Shown here: one piece after another, positions 61,195 through 64,000 of the stretch
Layout of the letters: each line of letters opens with the position of its first letter
Position numbering within the stretch: position 1 is the stretch's first letter
Assembly: GCA_030390025.1 (NCBI GenBank)
Contig: JASTWF010000330.1
Coordinates: forward strand, 1 to 64,000
DNA from: Squalus acanthias
Lineage: Eukaryota
DNA: 64,000 nucleotides
Direction of reading: 5' to 3'
The notes under the pieces: model-generated
Told to the model about the DNA's origin: nothing
The model's database searches: none
What the model saw: the letters and a program-made list of their open reading frames with translations, nothing else
Translations under genes and position numbers: made by a program

Positions 61195-63665
61195 TGGATA
61201 GAGGGAATAGAGAACGGGAACAGAGAGTAAAGGGAGATACCCGGGATAGAGGGGATATAGAACGGGCACAGAGAGTAAAGGGAGATACCCGGGATAGAGG
61301 GAATATAGAATGGGCACAGAGATTAAAGGGAGATACCTGGGATAGAGAGGAATATGGAACGGGGACAGAGAGTAAAGGGAGATACCCGGGATAGAGGGAA
61401 TATAGAACGGGGACAGTGAGTAAAGGGAGATACCCGGGATAGAGGGGAATATAGAACGGGGACAAAGAGTAAAGGGAGATAACCGGGATAGAGGGGAATA
61501 TAGAACGGCGACAGAGAGTAAAGGGAGATACCCGGGATAGAGGGAATATAGAACGGGGACATTGAGTAAAGGGAGATACACAGGATAGAGGGGAATATAG
61601 AACGGTGACAGAGAGTAAAGGGTGATACCCGGGATAGAGGGGAATATAGAACGGGGACAGAGAGTAAAGGGAGATACCCGGGATAGAGGGAATATAGAAC
61701 GGTGACAGAGAGTAAAGGGAGATACCCGGGATAGAGGGGAATATAGAACGGTGCCAGAGAGTAAAGGGAGATACTCGGTATAGAGCGGATTATAGAACGG
61801 GGACAGAGTATAAAGGGAGATACCCGGGATAGAGGGGAATATAGAATGGGAAAAGAGAGTAAAGGGAGATACCCGGGATAGAGGGGAATATAGAACGTGG
61901 ACAGAGAGTAAAGGGAGATTACCGGGATAGAGGGGATATAGAACGGGGACAGAGAGTAAAGGGAGATACCCGGGATAGAGGGGAATATAGAACGGTGACA
62001 GAGAGTAAAGGGAGATACCCGGGATAGAGGGGAATATAGAACGGGGACAGAGAGTAAAGGGAGATACCCGGGATAGAGGGGAATATAGAACGGGGACAGA
62101 GAATAAAGGGAGATACCCGGAATAGAGGGGAATATAGAACGGGAAAAGAGAGTAAAGGGAGATACCCGGGATAGAGGGGAATATAGAACGGGGACAGAGA
62201 GTAAAGGGAGATACCCGGGATAGAGGGAATATAGAACGGTCACAGAGAGTAAAGGGGGATACCCGGGATAGAGGGGAATATAGAACGGGGACTGAGAGTA
62301 AAGGGAGATACACGGGATAGAGGGGAATATAGAACGGAGACACAGATTAGAGGGAGATACCCGGGATAGAGGGGAATATAGAACGGGGAGAGAGATTAAA
62401 GGGAGATACCCGTGATAGAGGGGGATATAGAACAGAGACAGAGAGTAAAGGGAGATACCGGGGATAGAGGTGGGAAAAAAACCGGGACAGAGAGTAAAGG
62501 GAGATACCCGGGATAGAGGGGAAAATAGAACGGGGACAGAGTGTAAAGGCAGATACCCGGGATAGAGGGGAATATAGAACGGGGACAGAGAGTAAAGGGA
62601 GATACCCGGAATAGAGGGGAATATTGAAAGGAGACAGAGAGTAAAGGGAGATACCCGGGATAGAGGGGAATATTGAAAGGAGACAGAGAGTAAAGGGAGA
62701 TACCCGGGATAGAGGGAAATATAGAACGGGGACAGAGAGTAAAGGGAGATACCCGGGACAGAGGGGAATATAGAACGGGGACAGAGAGTAAAGGGGGATA
62801 CCAGGGATCGAGGGAATATAGAACGGGGACAGAGAGTAAAGGGAGATACCCGGGATAGAGGGGAATATAGAACGTGGACAGAGAGTAAAGGGAGAAACCC
62901 AGGATAGAGGGGAATATATTACGGGGACATAGAGTAAAGGGAGATACCCGGGATAGAGGGAATATAGAACGGAGACAGAGAGTAAAGGGAGATACCCGGG
63001 ATGGAGGGGAATATAGAACGGTGACAGAGAGTAAAGGGTGATACCCGGGATAGAGTGGAATATAGAACGGGGACAGAGACTAAAGGGAGATACCTGGGAT
63101 AGAGGGAATATAGAACGGGGACAGAGAGTAAAGGGAGATACCCGGGATAGAGGGGAATATAGAACGGGGACAGAGAGTAAAGGGAGATACCCGGGATAGA
63201 GGGGAATATAGAACGGGGACAGAGAGTAAAGGGAGATACCCGGGATAGAGGGGAATATAGAACGGGGACAGAGAGTAAAGGGAGATAACCGGGATAGAGG
63301 GGAATATAGAACGGGGACAGAGAGTAAAGGGAGATAACCGGGATAGAGGGGAATATAGAACGGGGACAGAGAGTAAAGGGAGATACCCGGAATAGAGGGA
63401 ATATAGAACGGGGATAGAGTTTAAAGGGAGATACCCGGGATAGAGGGTATATAGAACGGGGACAGAGAGTAAAGGGAGATACCCGGGATAGAGGGGAATA
63501 TAGAACGGGGACAGAGAGTAAAGGGAGATACCCGGGATAGGGGAAGATAGAACGGGGACAGAGAGTAAAGGGAGATACCCGGGATAGGGGAATATAGAAC
63601 GGGGACAGAGAGTAAAGGGAGATACCCGGGATAGAGGGGAATATAGAATGTGGACAGGGAGTAAA
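61195..63665. repeat. 48/49-bp purine-rich intronic repeat, about 50 copies
   Basis: Period measured from 63121 to 63170. Confidence 0.97.
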
Positions 63666-63765
63666 GGACGGGCCCCAGTTTCGAGCACTCTCTGCCGGTC
63701 CCAGTCTTTCTGTCAGTTAATAAGGTTCATCAGTTCAGGGGCTGACTCTGTGATTGTTGTTTCAG

Positions 63766-63842
63766 TTCTGGTGGATGGAAGATTCCGGAGACTGTTGTCC
63801 CAATCCTTCACTGCTCCACAAAATCTCCAGGCTGGTTAAACG
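63766..63842 (+). CDS. D10C module 3, exon b
   Basis: SGGWKIPETVVPILHCSTKSPGWLN; splice sites intact. Confidence 0.9.
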
Positions 63843-63935
63843 GTACCTTCAAACTTTATAATATCAGATTTACATTCACTGTTCTGCACTGTTCACCTTG
63901 GTTGCATCCTTCAATATTTACAATGCTCATTTCAG

Positions 63936-64000
63936 GTTCTCATCCCACCGTGAGTCAGGGAGAAGTGACGAAGACAGTTTGTTTTCACTGGTTTGAAAGT
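63936..64000 (+). CDS. D10C module 3, exon c (runs off the window)
   Basis: SHPTVSQGEVTKTVCFHWFES... Confidence 0.88.

Noticed and set aside
61102..63688. Hydrophobic 200-400 aa minus-strand ORFs
   Set aside because: Antisense translation of the 48/49-bp intronic repeat

Overview
Repeat-dense vertebrate DNA, almost certainly from a shark or ray (HE1/V-SINE, a SacSINE1-like DeuSINE and many CR1 LINEs). Two host genes lie on the + strand. The first is the last two exons of a C-type lectin (WIGL, QPD). The second is a GP2/uromodulin-like gene: a signal-peptide exon at 22475 joins in frame, across about 33 kb, to at least three tandem three-exon D10C modules. Modules 1 and 2 are identical in coding sequence, while module 3 differs almost only at non-synonymous sites. 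The long intron holds a ~24 kb AT-rich 52-bp satellite, a full-length CR1 with intact ORFs, a Harbinger-type MITE and a young Mag-like Gypsy element. That Gypsy has no tRNA primer site, but 11 nt at the PBS position pair with its own LTR (candidate self-priming), and its RT motif is YLDN. Upstream are a pol-deleted env-bearing retrovirus-like element (tRNA-Arg PBS overlapping the gag ATG, TGA-CTAG readthrough context) and a Penelope-type insert with a minimal hammerhead motif. Most other ORFs in the track are artefacts of tandem repeats. All family assignments come from motif recognition, not database searches.
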